From NCBI RefSeq assembly GCF_009914755.1, contig NC_060935.1: 64,000 bases of DNA; one strand, written 5' to 3'. How positions within the stretch are numbered: position 1 is the stretch's first letter; every line of letters begins with the position of its first letter. Positions 1-13,100 of this stretch are shown piece by piece. Source of the stretch: the human T2T-CHM13v2.0 reference genome, Homo sapiens. The notes under the pieces are model-generated. The model was not told the origin of the DNA and ran no database searches. It saw only the letters and a list, made by a program, of their open reading frames with translations. The position numbers and the translations under genes were made by a program.

Positions 1-101
1 AGACAGGAGAATCGCTTGAACGCGGGAGGCAGAGGTTGCAGTGAGCTGAGATCATGCCACTGTACTCCAGCCTGGCGACAGAGCGAGACTCCTTCTCAAA
101 A
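1..101 (+). mobile_element. Alu right arm (3' part, cut by the window edge)
   Basis: caggagaatcgcttgaac...gcagtgagctgagatc...gacagagcgagactcc. Confidence 0.9.
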
Positions 102-687
102 TATATAGACAGATAGATAAAACCTGAAAATAGGCCTTAGGACCTTCATGGACTCTAGGTTTGGATTAGCAACATCCCTTTAAAAAACCATGCAAACACC
201 TTTTTTCTGCAGCTGGTTGCTTTCTTGGATTGCTTCCTTGTCAAACCCCTAACTGAGGCAGCGAGAGCTTGGTCCAAAGTGGAGAAAGGGAGGCAATTTG
301 GGGGCATTTGCCCTGGCTAAGCTAGGAACTCTGGGCCAGGCAGGCCCCGCTGCATGCTGTGGGGTTTCTGGGGGCAGCAGGGAGACATTAGTTACTTGGG
401 GAGAAGGGGGCCTAAAGAGAATCTACCATCTGCTTGGTACCAGGCACACCTAGTTCTGTGGGGGGTGAAAGGGGTGGTGGGGAGGGGACGCTGTTGTTTT
501 TTAATAAATTCTCTATAAAGCTCACACTCCTTTTTAAAATATAAATATTTATATATGTATATTATATCATTATAAAGATAAAACTTACTGTAGAAAATAT
601 GGAAAATACAGAAGAGAAAATAGCAGTACATCTATAATACTACCAGGGATAACTACTATTCTATCTTGGTCTGTTTTCCCCCAGGAT

Positions 688-690
<3 letters not shown>

Positions 691-732
<42 letters not shown>
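691..732. repeat. (TA)21 microsatellite
   Basis: Perfect TA run. Confidence 0.97.
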
Positions 733-735
<3 letters not shown>

Positions 736-1384
736 TAACTTTTAAAAAGTTTTGAAAAACCAAACACTAAGTCAAGGCCATGTTACCATGTTCCTAAATT
801 GTTGTACATGATTTTTTTTGTTGGCAGTGACATGGAATGTTGTGCACGTGTCAAAATTTAACTGTTTCACAAGTTTTGTAATATAAATAGCATTGTGAAG
901 AACACTCCTGTACATAATAAACCACCTCTCTAAAGATCTCAGTATTTCAAGTGATTGTATAATTCTAATTACAAGGTCAAAGTATACATAGACATTTTTA
1001 AGATTTGACTGGTGTGGTTGGGTTGCCCTCTGGATAGACCCCCAATGGATACTTCTCCCCGCAGCTGAAGGAGTGGCTTTCCCCACAGCTGGCAAAAGTT
1101 AGTGGATTATCGTCCACAGCTTAATAGGTGAACAAAGGTGTGCCATTGTTTTAAGTCGCATTTATTCAGTTACGGCATTGAATGTTTTTTCGTATGTATT
1201 TTTTCCATTTATATAATTCTGTGAATTGTCTGTTCTTATCTTTTGCTTATTTTTCCAAGGGGATGTTGGTTTCTCAATGGGTTTTATTAACTATTTCTAT
1301 GTTTCAAATATTTTCTAGCTAGCCTTTATTGTATTTTCTTTTCCGGTTGTCCGTTTCCTTTGAATTCTGTTTATGTTAAGCATT

Positions 1385-1680
1385 TTTGTTTTTTAATTTT
1401 TAATTTTTGTTGGTATGTAAAGGTATATATTCATGGGGTATGTGAGATATTTTGACACAGGCATACAATGTGTAATAATCACATCAGGAGAAATTGGGTA
1501 TCCATCTCCTCAAGTATTTATCCTTCGTTACAAACAATCCAGTTGTACTCTTTCAGTTATCTTAAAATGTAAAATTAAATTATTATTGACTACAGTCACT
1601 CTATTGTGCCATCAAATACTGGATCTTATTCATTCTATTTTTATGCCCATTAACCATCCCCATTTCCCCTGACAGCCATC
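1385..1680 (-). mobile_element. L1MA2/3 3' end fragment
   Basis: atggggtatgtgagatattttgacacaggcatacaatgtgtaataatcacatcagg matches the L1MA 3' terminus. Confidence 0.75.
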
Positions 1681-2340
1681 CCTCAGTAACCTTTACAGTA
1701 TAAGTTTTGATAAGCAGAAGTTATTTTAAGTCATCAAAACTACCCATCTTTTAATTATTTCTTCAGTTGCATTATGATTAGACTGTCATAGCCCATCCTT
1801 AGGTCTATCAGTTTTTTAAAATGATCTTTAATGATTTTATTTGAACATTTACCTCTACAGTCTGTTTTGTTCTTTTGGTGCTATAAGTCAAGACTCTAGC
1901 TGATAATCCCCCCATTGTCATTTATTGAGGAACCCGTTCGTTATTCATTGATCCTTGATGATTTCCCAATCATATAGTCAACTCAAGTAAGTGAGCCTAT
2001 TTTTGGGCTGTTTATATTGTTCCACTGGTCTATTAATTTTCATGAAAATACCAGACCATCCATTTTGTCACTGCTTTCATACTGGCTTGTTTTTAGATGT
2101 GAGTAGATACCTAGGTAAATTAAAGTTATAAAATATTAGAATCATGACAGGGAAACTGAAGCTCAGCAATCTAAGTGAGTGACTTGCTTGGCACCAATTG
2201 TCACATCGCCTTAGCAGATTAATTTCTCATAATATATCAGATATTTAAAAGGCTCTTGAATTATAGGAAGAGCATCATTATCAGCAGGATCCTTACTGGA
2301 AACTTGTCAGGCTATCTCACTATTGGACCTTTTAAAATAT

Positions 2341-2910
2341 TGTAGTTATGAGGAACACTATTTTGATATATAATAAATATTTATTTGGTCTTTGGTTTCC
2401 CAGCACTCTGCTGATGAGGTCACTGATGGCAGTGGTCTCCTGGATAGCCTTGTGAGCCAGGCTTGTTGCCAAGGGAACCAACTATGTGATTAGAGGGTTG
2501 AGACTCTCAGCCCCAACCCCTGACCTCACGGGAGGGGAGAGGGCCTGAAGCCTGAGTTGATCACTAGTGGCTCATGATCTAATCAACCATGCCTGCATAG
2601 AAACCCAGGGAGAGGGTTCCGAGGGCATCCACGTTACATCCACGCTGGGAGGGTTGTGCATCCCAACTCCATGGGGACAGAAGCTCCTTCACTCAGGACC
2701 CTTCTGAACCTCGCTCTGTGTATCTCTTTACCTGTCTGTTCATTTGTATCCTTTAAAAGATCCTTTTTCGTAAACTGCCAATAGTAAGTAAAGGGTTTGC
2801 CTTAGTTTGTAAGTCACTCTAGCAAATGAATGAACCATAGGAAGGGGTTGTAGGAATCCTCAATTTATAGCTGGTTGGTCAGAAGTTCTATTACTGCTGT
2901 TCTTGTAATT
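2341..2910. mobile_element. MER21-family LTR
   Basis: accaactatgtgattagagggttgag...cagccccaacccctgacctc...ggggacagaagctcc motifs. Confidence 0.7.
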
Positions 2911-3564
2911 GTGGGAAGCTGTAATAAATAATGGATGGGCTAAATAGAGTAGAAATGCTTTGAAAAAGATTACAACTTCCAGATCGGTTCAGAAAGTGGT
3001 GAATATTTCAGTATGAAGGATAAATAGGCTATACATGGACTTGGTGCTTCAGCTAATGAGACAGGCCCATTCATGGGTACCCCATGGCTGTCCTGGGGTG
3101 CTCACTGCATCAGCCCCAGGAGGTCCCCTCACCTTACTGCTGGTGTGGCAGTGGAGGGAGTTTTCCAGGTTAATTTTAATTTGCCAAATGTCTATATATG
3201 TCGAAGTTCAGACAGTAAGAGGAAACATTAAAGCCCTGCCCTTTTTTATGGACACACCTCAATCTCAGTTTCTTCCCCAGAGGTAACTACTGTTCCTGTT
3301 TAGTGCATATTCTTTTACAGTGCTCATTTTTTTGCAGTTTGCTCATTTATCTTTAATATGTCCCAGAGATATCTTCATGTTAGTGCATGCAGATCTGCCT
3401 CATCTTTTTAAATGTGCCACAATTTTCCATCATGTGACTATACCTCAATTCATTTAACCGTCTGTTTATGGGCTAGTATGTTCATTCCACTTTTTCCTAC
3501 TACAAACAGTGGTTTAATGAACATCCTTGCATGTGCTTCTTTGTGCAGAATGTGTTTCTCTAGA

Positions 3565-4045
3565 GCCGTGGTTCTCAAACATTTTGGTCTTAGGACCCCT
3601 TTACACCCTTAAAATTTCTTGAGAATTCCAAAGAGATTTTGTTGTCTATTGGTATTTATCATATTAGAAATTAAAACTGACAGATTTAAAAATATTTATT
3701 AATTGATTTAAAGTAAACCCATTACATGTTCAGGTATAACATATTTTTATGAAAAATAATTATAAAACAAAAACTTAGTAATAAGAATAGCATTATTTTC
3801 TATTTTTGAAAATCTACTTAATATTTCATTTCATAGTAGATGACTGGATTCTGGATTCTCATTCATTATGTTGTAATATCCCACATCAGTAGCCCCCAAA
3901 ACTGCACTGCATACACTCATGAGAGAACGAGAGTAGAAAGGTAAGTAACAACGTAGTATCGTGAACATAGTTTTAATGTCGTGAACCTCCTGAAAAGGTC
4001 TCAGGTTTCAGGGTTTCCAGACCACATTTTGAGAACCGTTGTTCT
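3565..4045. mobile_element. Charlie1b-like hAT element within an old L1ME
   Basis: Inverted ends gtggttctcaaa / tttgagaaccg; internal ggtcttaggacccctttacac. Confidence 0.75.
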
Positions 4046-4589
4046 AGTGGGGTTTGAAATCAGAGGGACAAAAGTTGTGCACATTTTAAATTTAAAAGAC
4101 ACTTTCAACTGCCTTCCAGAATACCAGTTTACACTCCCATCACCAATATAGGCCAACCCCGCCCTACTTCTTTACCAATGTTTAATACTTTCAGAGTTTT
4201 AAATTTGCCAATCTTAATGGTTAAAATGCCATCTCATTGTTTTAGCTTGTAGTTCCCTATTTACACTGGGATTTCATGAGACACACATTTCTGGGCTCAC
4301 TGTGACACTTGGCGGTGTCTGGTGACTGCCCCCTCCCTCCCCAGTGCCCACCTTTTTCTTTGGCCTGGGATGTTTGATCCTAGAGAGACTGACAGGTCTC
4401 CGCTTGTTTTCCTTGGCTTATGAAATACCCCTTCCTTCTGAAATCCATCTTAACTATTTTTTAATTAATTTTTTTAAGCTAAAATGTTTTTTTCAAAAAA
4501 CCCTAGTTGTTTCACTTCTGAGCCCTCTGTTTCCTGTTTACATTTAGTCAACTAGCAAATATTATTTATTAGGAAATGTGAATAATGAT

Positions 4590-4830
4590 TAAGGCATGAG
4601 TTATAAAGCCAGACTTCCTGGGTTCCAATTCTGGCATGGCACACATTGACTGTGAGACCTTGGACAAGTTACAGAATTTCTCAGTGCCTAGCCTCCTTGT
4701 CAGTAAATGGGGCAGTAATAGAATTCTCACCTGTGTCACAGGGTGAGAATTAAATAAATTAGCGCTCGAAGCACTGGAACGGTGTCTGGTACGTAGGAAG
4801 CACTCAGCGCAGGTTAGCTGCTAAACATCC
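4590..4830. mobile_element. MIR
   Basis: ctgggttccaattctggc...ctgtgagaccttggacaagttac...ctcagtg core. Confidence 0.65.
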
Positions 4831-6595
4831 CCTAATCCTGTTTTGGCCCTTTGACAGGTGACGACCTGGGGCTGCTGGGGTTGGGGAATGTGTCTGGGGC
4901 ACACAGAGTGGGGCTAGAGTGCATTGCTCTTTCCAGAGCCTGGGTTCTCAGGCACTGCTGTGTGCTCTCTGCCCCTTCCTGTCGTGTGTCTGCGGGACAC
5001 AGGACTGCGTGGGGCAAGCTCACAGCCCAGCTCAGAAGCTGCTGGTTTGTGCTGGGTCTCCGGCTCTGCTGCCCTAGGATTATCTTCCCTACCCCTTGGA
5101 TTCCTGCTGGGGAGGGTGCCTAGTCTGTTAAGCGCCACCACCAACCTCACCCTCAGTTCAGCACTGCAGCCTCAGCTGGTCATTAGGAACATGGGTGTAT
5201 GGATTATAGTACCACTGGGGACTTGAAAACACAAAACACAGCTCCTCACCCTCACCTACCAAGCCCTCCTTGCCTTTACTCATAAATTTAAGTCTGGACT
5301 TCCCAGTCTGTCACCCCAGGATGTCCTTTATCTGACCCCAGCTTGACTGTGTGCTCCAGACACAGTGGTCTGCTTCCTGTCTTAAATGGGCTGTCAGCTT
5401 TAAGGACTCAGTGTTTTCTTGCGCTGTTTTCCAAGCCTAGGTTCCCTTCTCTCCTCCTTTGAGTACGAACATTTGTCATGGTTCAGTCATTACCCTTATG
5501 TGATTTGTTTTCATCTACAATAATTGGTGGTTTATATCCTTGGCTGCCTCCACTGGACTGTAAGCCCTTGGAGGGCTGAGACCAAGTCTTCTTTATCTTT
5601 GAATCCCTTGCATTGCATATGGTACCATGTACATAATAGCCCAGTGAATGCTTTTTGGGTTAAGCGCCACACAGTTGAGCTGAGTGCCTTAGGGAGAATA
5701 CCTGTGCTCTGTTGCCCCGTGTAGAAACGGGAAGAATGGAGCCCTGGGGAGGGCGTGCTCCTGGTATAAAGGCCATGTGGCATTAAATACCCAGCTCTGA
5801 TGAAAAAGTGTGGATGTCCCTTTTCTTTTTTGAGGTTCCTTGAAAAAGTGTTTGCCACTCTAGCATCTGCATCTGTCATGAGTTTTTGTCTATTTAGAAT
5901 GCCCTTGTTTGCAAAGAGATCTCATGACCAGTTGTCTACATAATAGTAACAGTCATTGTAAGTCCTTTTCATGTTGCCAGAGTCACTAATCTTTGTTTCA
6001 GTACTGAATTTAAACACTCAAGGCCTTGTCCTACACAAAAGGGTTTCTTTGTCGCAAGAACTACAAAATCCAGCTTTTAAAAGGCATCTTTGAGGGAGAG
6101 ATGATGCAGAAGGACTTAATGAAGTTGGATCTAGTTTCAGGCTGTGGCCCCTTTAAATCTAAGATCCCAGTTATCCAAGGAGGCCTGCTTTCATGATGTG
6201 TTTGCTCTAGTATTGTAGAGGATAAGACAGATGGGTAAACAAATAAATATGAAATTCATGATAAGTGCATGGAAGAAAGTAATAGAGGATGCGACAAGGG
6301 AGCCCTCCATTCTTCTATCTCCAGTGCTTACCATGTTGCCTGACAAAGAAATAAAAATACTAGTTCCCATTTACTGAATTCTTAACTGTGTGCTGGTACT
6401 ATAGCAGACATTTTATTTAATCCTCCTGGGAATTCTGTGAGGTTTTACTAATAAGAAAACCTCAGAGAGGTTAAGTAAGTTGCTGGGAAGTAAAAGAGAA
6501 AACCGAATGTCTATTGAATCTAATAGAATCTTTTTTAAAGCAACATTCAGGAATAAAGACTCCAGAGAACCTCTATTTATAGAACACTTACCTAA

Positions 6596-6918
<323 letters not shown>

Positions 6919-8659
6919 TCCCCCTCACCCATATCTAACTGGATTTCTGCTTGTTTCATGCACATTAGGCCTTTGTGTCAGTGAAGACCAGCTGAAGAGT
7001 AATTTTGTTCTAACCCTTCTTCTACTTGAAGAAGTCTATTAAAGCTGCCCCTTGGCCTTAAATAGTCTGTTCCTTTAACATTTTTCTGAAGTCAATCCCT
7101 CTTCTTCTCCCTCCCCCATTTTTTTTCCATCATTCATTTCTTACAATGCAAAAACCAAGACCAAGCACATTTCCTCTAGTGAATGTGTGACCAGTCTGGG
7201 GTTGCTGCAAGGATTCACTTCCCAGCTCTCACATGTCACATTCCTGTTGTGACATTTTTGATGATGTCGTTTTTTTGATCTGGCCCTTTCCTTCCATGGG
7301 TCCAGCTTCTGTCTCCACCAGGTGAACTCCACCTGGTGCCCAGTCCCCTCCACCCTGTCAGCAGTCTTTCTGACTCCACACAGAGTAGCCTTAGGCGCTC
7401 TGGGTGGGGTTCTCACACTCCAGCCATTGACTGCAGGTGGCTAGTCTTGTCAGCTCTGTGGTTTTTAATGAACTTGGGCCTAGAGCTCGGGACCAGGTTT
7501 CTGGGGAGATTGGTGCTGGCCCTTTCTTGCTGCTGCTTGTGTTACGGGCTGGCCTGGCATTCCACAGTGCCCATCCTTCTCCACTCCACCCAGCCTCCAT
7601 GGCCTGTCTGCACCTTCTCTCCTCCCTGGCCATTCATCCTCAGGGTGTCATAGGTGTTGGGGAAAGAGTATGACCACACACTCAGGGCTGAATTGCAACT
7701 TGACCAAGTATTAGCTGTCTTACTTTACTTAACCTCTCTGAGCCTTTATTTCTCCTCTGTAAAATGGGTATAATGATAGCTAGCTCACAGGTTTCTTTTA
7801 CTAGGTTGAATGAGAGAATCTAATTCCTGTCTTATAGTAGTATTCAGTAAATACCGTCTCCCCCTGATTCTGTGATGGAAAGGAGCTCATATGTCTGATC
7901 AGTACATAGGGGAAATGATATCAACATAATATCATATCAGTGTAACTAATCACATTGGTTATATGTGATTTTTTCCAACATGTGAATGATTTGTGCCATC
8001 AAGTAACAACATGTGGATGAAGCAAGCCAAAGAGGACTATAGCGTGTACGTGATGCCCCGCTTTCCCCTTGGCTTTGTTTGACCATGTGTTCCATCTTAG
8101 AAATGCTGTTATACAGTACTCTCTGCTCTTTGTGCATTTAGTCCTTATATGTGTAACTTGGCAGCCTCAACCTTTCTTTATACACCCCTTAATTGTGCAA
8201 GCATGTTTTTATCAGGATTCTAGTGCTGTTGGTTTAAAAAAAAATTGCATAGATTTTTGAGTGATCTGCCCCAAACCTATATGCTCCAGAAGCACTGTTA
8301 TTTTCGTGGCTTTGCAGAACACGTTTGTGAACATATCAATAGTTGTATAGCAGAGATATTTGGTTTTCTTTTCTTCCTTCCATCTAGCTTTTTGCATTCA
8401 TGGTCATTTCATGGAACCACAATCTTTGGCCTGTACCAGGCTGGGACCTAGAAGTGATAGAAGAGATTCCTTGCAGACATGTGCTGTGACTGTATCTTCA
8501 TACCATCTCCTGAGTTATTGCAATAGATTCCTGTCTGGTCTCTGCTTCTGTTCTTGACCCCAGATAGTTGTTGACATAGTGTCCAGACTAAACCGTTTAA
8601 AACAAAAATCAGAAACTACCTTTGCTTTAAGAATTCTGAAATTATTTTGTGTACAGTTT

Positions 8660-10150
8660 GGGATTGAGTAAATGAATAACTATAGATACTGTTGGGAGCC
8701 AGGATTCTCACTGTGAAAGAAGAAAGAACAAACATGGGATGGGGGAAGATGAAGAAGAACCCAGTGGTAGTGGATTAGAAGTAAAAGTTTCCATCTCAGT
8801 TTACAATTTTTTATAAAAGATTTCTTTTCTAGTTTCTGCTGAAGGGCCTAGGAACAATGGCATCTTAGTAACAAGGAGCACATCGAGCACCCAAATAATG
8901 GTTTTAAAATTTCTTTACCCACCAAAAGGAACCCAGAGCTCTTTGCAGAAATGGCCAGTTGCAGAGTGGAAACAGAAAGTACACGACAAGCCCAGAACAT
9001 TTTGTACCAGGATCCATGGGACTGCTCAGGAACTGAGGGGAACATGTCGAAGGACACAGGAGCTAGTTTGATAGGAACCATTTGAACATCAGAGTGAATA
9101 ACAGTAATGGATTATAAAATATTGAATAACAAAGGATTACGTGAGTCCATATTGATACTAAAAAATCAAGAGAAAGCTCTTCTTAATCCATTGCAACTAA
9201 TACATGTAGAAGGAGCAAATCAAGTTGGAAAAAAATACTTATTTTGCAACCACATTTAAAGTATTTGATTCACCACTGGGTGAAAGTGTGTTCTGGGACA
9301 CAATATTGACCCTGTCTGCGAGGATCCCTCCACAGACCACTTATCATTGCACAGGGGGAAAGGCACTTTTACGGCAGAAGAGACCTAGCAGGCAGCACCT
9401 TGACTAAGTGCCCACCATAGCTGATGTCACCCAGTTATGGGGGAAAGGTCATCCAATGCTCCCAGGGTGCTGTCCTGAGGACCCACAGCCCTTCCTCGGG
9501 ATTCCTGCCAGCAATGCAGAATCTGGATTGGAGTTTGGAGAAACAATCAGACAGACCCAAAATGAAGAGCATTGCATTAAACAGGTGGTGCTCGCCACAC
9601 ACATTAGGGTCGCAAATGACAGAGAAAGACAGAGAAAGTTCCAGGATAAGGTGACTACAGAGATAGGACAACTAATGCAATGTGTAGGGCAGGACTGGAT
9701 CCTGCTTGGATGAAAACAGTTGCTATAAAGGCTCGTTTGGGAGATCTGACTATAGATAATTGCTTGTATCTGGTATTTTAAGAACTTTAGTAATTGCACT
9801 AGATTATTTAAAGAGAATGTCCTTGTTTTAGAAGACACACACTTTTGAGAGTAAAGGGTCATGATCTCTGCAACTAACTCCCAAGCGGTTCAGAAAAGTA
9901 AAGGATATATTATATATGCATAGAGAGAGAGGGTGTATGGCAGAGTGTTAACACTGGTTGAATCTAAGTGCTGGGTATATCAGATTTCATTGTAATAGTC
10001 TTGTAATCTTTTGGTAGGTCTGAAAAAATTTTCAAAATAAAATATTTAATTTTAAATAGATGAGGTAAATAGAGCAAAATGTCAGTATTGCTTTAAACTC
10101 TTAGGTGTCTGTTACATTATTTTCTGTATGTTTGAAAATCTGTATTTATC
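8660..10150 (+). mobile_element. Old L1MC/MD 3' region
   Basis: Resembles L1MC 3'UTR (gggagccaggattctcactgt...; taaagagaatgtccttgtt; atgatctctgcaactaactc). Confidence 0.55.
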
Positions 10151-13100
10151 ATCTGTAATCTGATGACAAAAGTAAAATATATATATTTAAATACATCCAG
10201 TACTTTCATCTTAATATAACATTGAGTTCTTCTGATGCCTTTTTTCCCTGGTACCCAGGTCATGAACTTTTTTTCCACCCAACAGTGGTGACATTTACAT
10301 TGGAATTATATGGGTTTTTTCTGTGGTTTAGACCTTGTGGGTGTGTGAGGGACTGGACTTGGTAACACAGGGAGGAAACCCCTCAAACTGCTACTTAGTT
10401 TTCTTGTCTGTCTATTCTTGTGGGTGTCATCCTGTCTTCGTGGTTGCTTGTGGCTGTCATCTCCAGCCCAGCCTCCTTCTCGTTTCTGTTGCTGCACTTA
10501 GCGGGCTGCGTTGTTCATACCGTCATTCCCAATTAAATGAGATAAGCCTCGCAGGTTCCCTTCTGAGGCCCAGCAATGTGGTCATTTGCTCTCTTTGGCT
10601 GTGGGGTTGAGTGGTCACATCATGGACCACGCGTTTGGCAGGTACAGACTATTAATTCTTCCCTCCATCTGGTGAGGGCAGTGCTGTCTTGACAGTGCCG
10701 TGTCTGATCTGTTGGACTCACAGGGGCAAACCATTCATTCTAAAATGCCCCAGAGTTATTTGTTGATCTATTCAACAGGGTTGGGGAGGGAAGCATCTGG
10801 GGCTTCTTGTAATTCATTTAAAAGGAAACATTTGATGATGCTCAGCTTTAGTTAAGGGGCAGGTGTTAGCCCTGATGTGTTCTCTTTAAAAGCCAGGCTT
10901 AGCTGTGGGAAAGAAAGACCTGGTGAACCAATGTGGTTTAAAGGAAAAAAAAAAGAAGTATTTCAATTCCATTTTTTAGTTTGGGCTGCGGAGGGTACTT
11001 ATATTTTCTCACTGGTTTAAAACATGCATGTGCCTCAGAGTCAGTTCCCACAGAAGAAAAGTGAAGGCAGTAATGGACAATTTGGGACATCCAGAATATA
11101 TTTAATTTCATGTGTTTGAAGCTAAAGATGGGTTTGGATTGAAGTCTGCTGGAAAGGTGAAAGGAGAGGAATTTGGCTTGTTTTTAGTAAGAGAAGTTAT
11201 TCTGAGATTCTTGTAACATTATTGTATTTTATGATAGTTGAGAACTATAAGTATTGGGCAAGAATACCCTTCGGGGCAAACGTCATTTGGTCTTAGTATG
11301 TTGGGGTCAGAGGTACTTTAAACAAATTCAGACCTGTTTCATCCTTCTGAGTGCTTGTTGGTGTTCTGGGTTTGTTTTCAGAGCTGACCACTGTCCATCT
11401 CTTCTCTATACCACACATTCAGGGTCCTCTTTGTATGATTGTTCTCACTGAGAATTTATAATAGTTTTCAGATCTTTTGGCAACCTTAAAATATAGCCAG
11501 ACCTTTCAAGTCTGGTGCTTTATGGGTTGTAATATAATCTACTTGGATCCCATATATATGGGGTATGTGTGTCTATAATTTACATTAAGGTGAATTAAAC
11601 CAATTTTTTGTTGTGTAACTTAAAATCATTTCGCAGACTTTTAAAATCATGTGTATATGCTAATGATTGTACTTGATATAATCATCATCATATTCTCTGT
11701 TTTCCCTTTGAGCCTCCAGAACAACCCCAGGATTTTCTCTCCTGGCTCCTTCCTTCTCATCCCTCCATTGCTGACCTGATTTTCTTTAATAATTTATGCC
11801 TTTCACCTCCTCTTTCTTGTGTTTAAAAGGTAGAGAGAGCTGAGTTGATATCCCAGCTTCACAACCCACTAGCCACAAGATCACTGTGCCTCACACCTCA
11901 CTTTCCTCACCTTTAAAATAGGGGTGAAAGTACACAGCAAGGGTTAGTTCCCTTCTCCTGCCTAGGAGCAGGATCTAACCCTGTGTTATTAATGCATGAG
12001 AATGAAAGAAAGCATGTTAAAGGAGAGGAACAAAAAAATGGGGGGCGTAGATCATAGCAAAAGTAAGCCAAAGCCCTCCTGCTGAAGTGGAACAAGAATG
12101 GAGAGCCATCCCACTGTGGTGTCTTTGAGAAACCTCTGGCTTGCTCACCCCAGCCCCAGTCCTATTTTTCTTTAGGCTATGTTACTTTCTAATCATTTAT
12201 AGGTACAGGTCAAGGCTACACCAAGGGCCACCTGTGCTGCTGCTCAGGCAGAAGGTGTGACCAGCACCCTATGCTCCAGGTCAAGGCACCTGGAGGAGGG
12301 TGGATGGGGAGATGTCTGTGGCATGGATTGCCACAGACATTATTTAATGGATGTTGTGGCTACTTCCTCTGGGCCTTGTGAGCACACGTTTTCTCCTGGT
12401 GATCTGTTATTATATTTGGCCAGACGTACATAAATGTAAAGCCCACAGCTGCCTCTGCACTCTCAGCCAAGTGGAAGTAGTATTCTTTGTTGTTCTTGGC
12501 ATAAACCTGAAACTCCTTTCTTTCTTTCCTGTACAGTAATAAAAGGCAGTGCATGTCTTGCAAAATCTGTTCCCTAGAAATTATAGCACACACTTGTTAA
12601 GCTGACACACAGTGGAGCAGAGCATGGGGCTGTGGCTGGGGATCTCATGGGACTCTGTTTTCTCACCTATCAAGTTGGACAGTGATATCTTTGGGGGATA
12701 CTTTAACATTAATTGAGATAGTATTTATGATAGTACTTTGAAACTTTCAAAGCACCAGACAGATGTTACTTGGTACACAATCGTGCATGAAGTTCAGAGA
12801 CAGAATATGTCTTGCCTGTAAAACCTTGATGTAGTACTAGAGGAGATAAGACATATATGTCTATGTGACATGGTTCAAAGTGGTTTTCTGCACATCTCTG
12901 ATTTAAAGATGTGCAGAAAAGCACTGTGGGAAGTCAGTGGGGGAGGAAGCTTTGTGAAGAGGGTGATGCCTAAGCAGAGCTTTGAAAGATGAGCCATTGA
13001 GGAAGATGGTGTGTATGGGGCATTGACTTAACAAGCAGGTTCTGGCAAGAGGGCCTCCGGGCAGAGGGGATCATGTAAGGCATAGATCTGAGTGCATATC

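Noticed and set aside
5746-5770. GC box plus TATAAA as an internal promoter
   Set aside because: No CpG island or other support; such motifs are common by chance.
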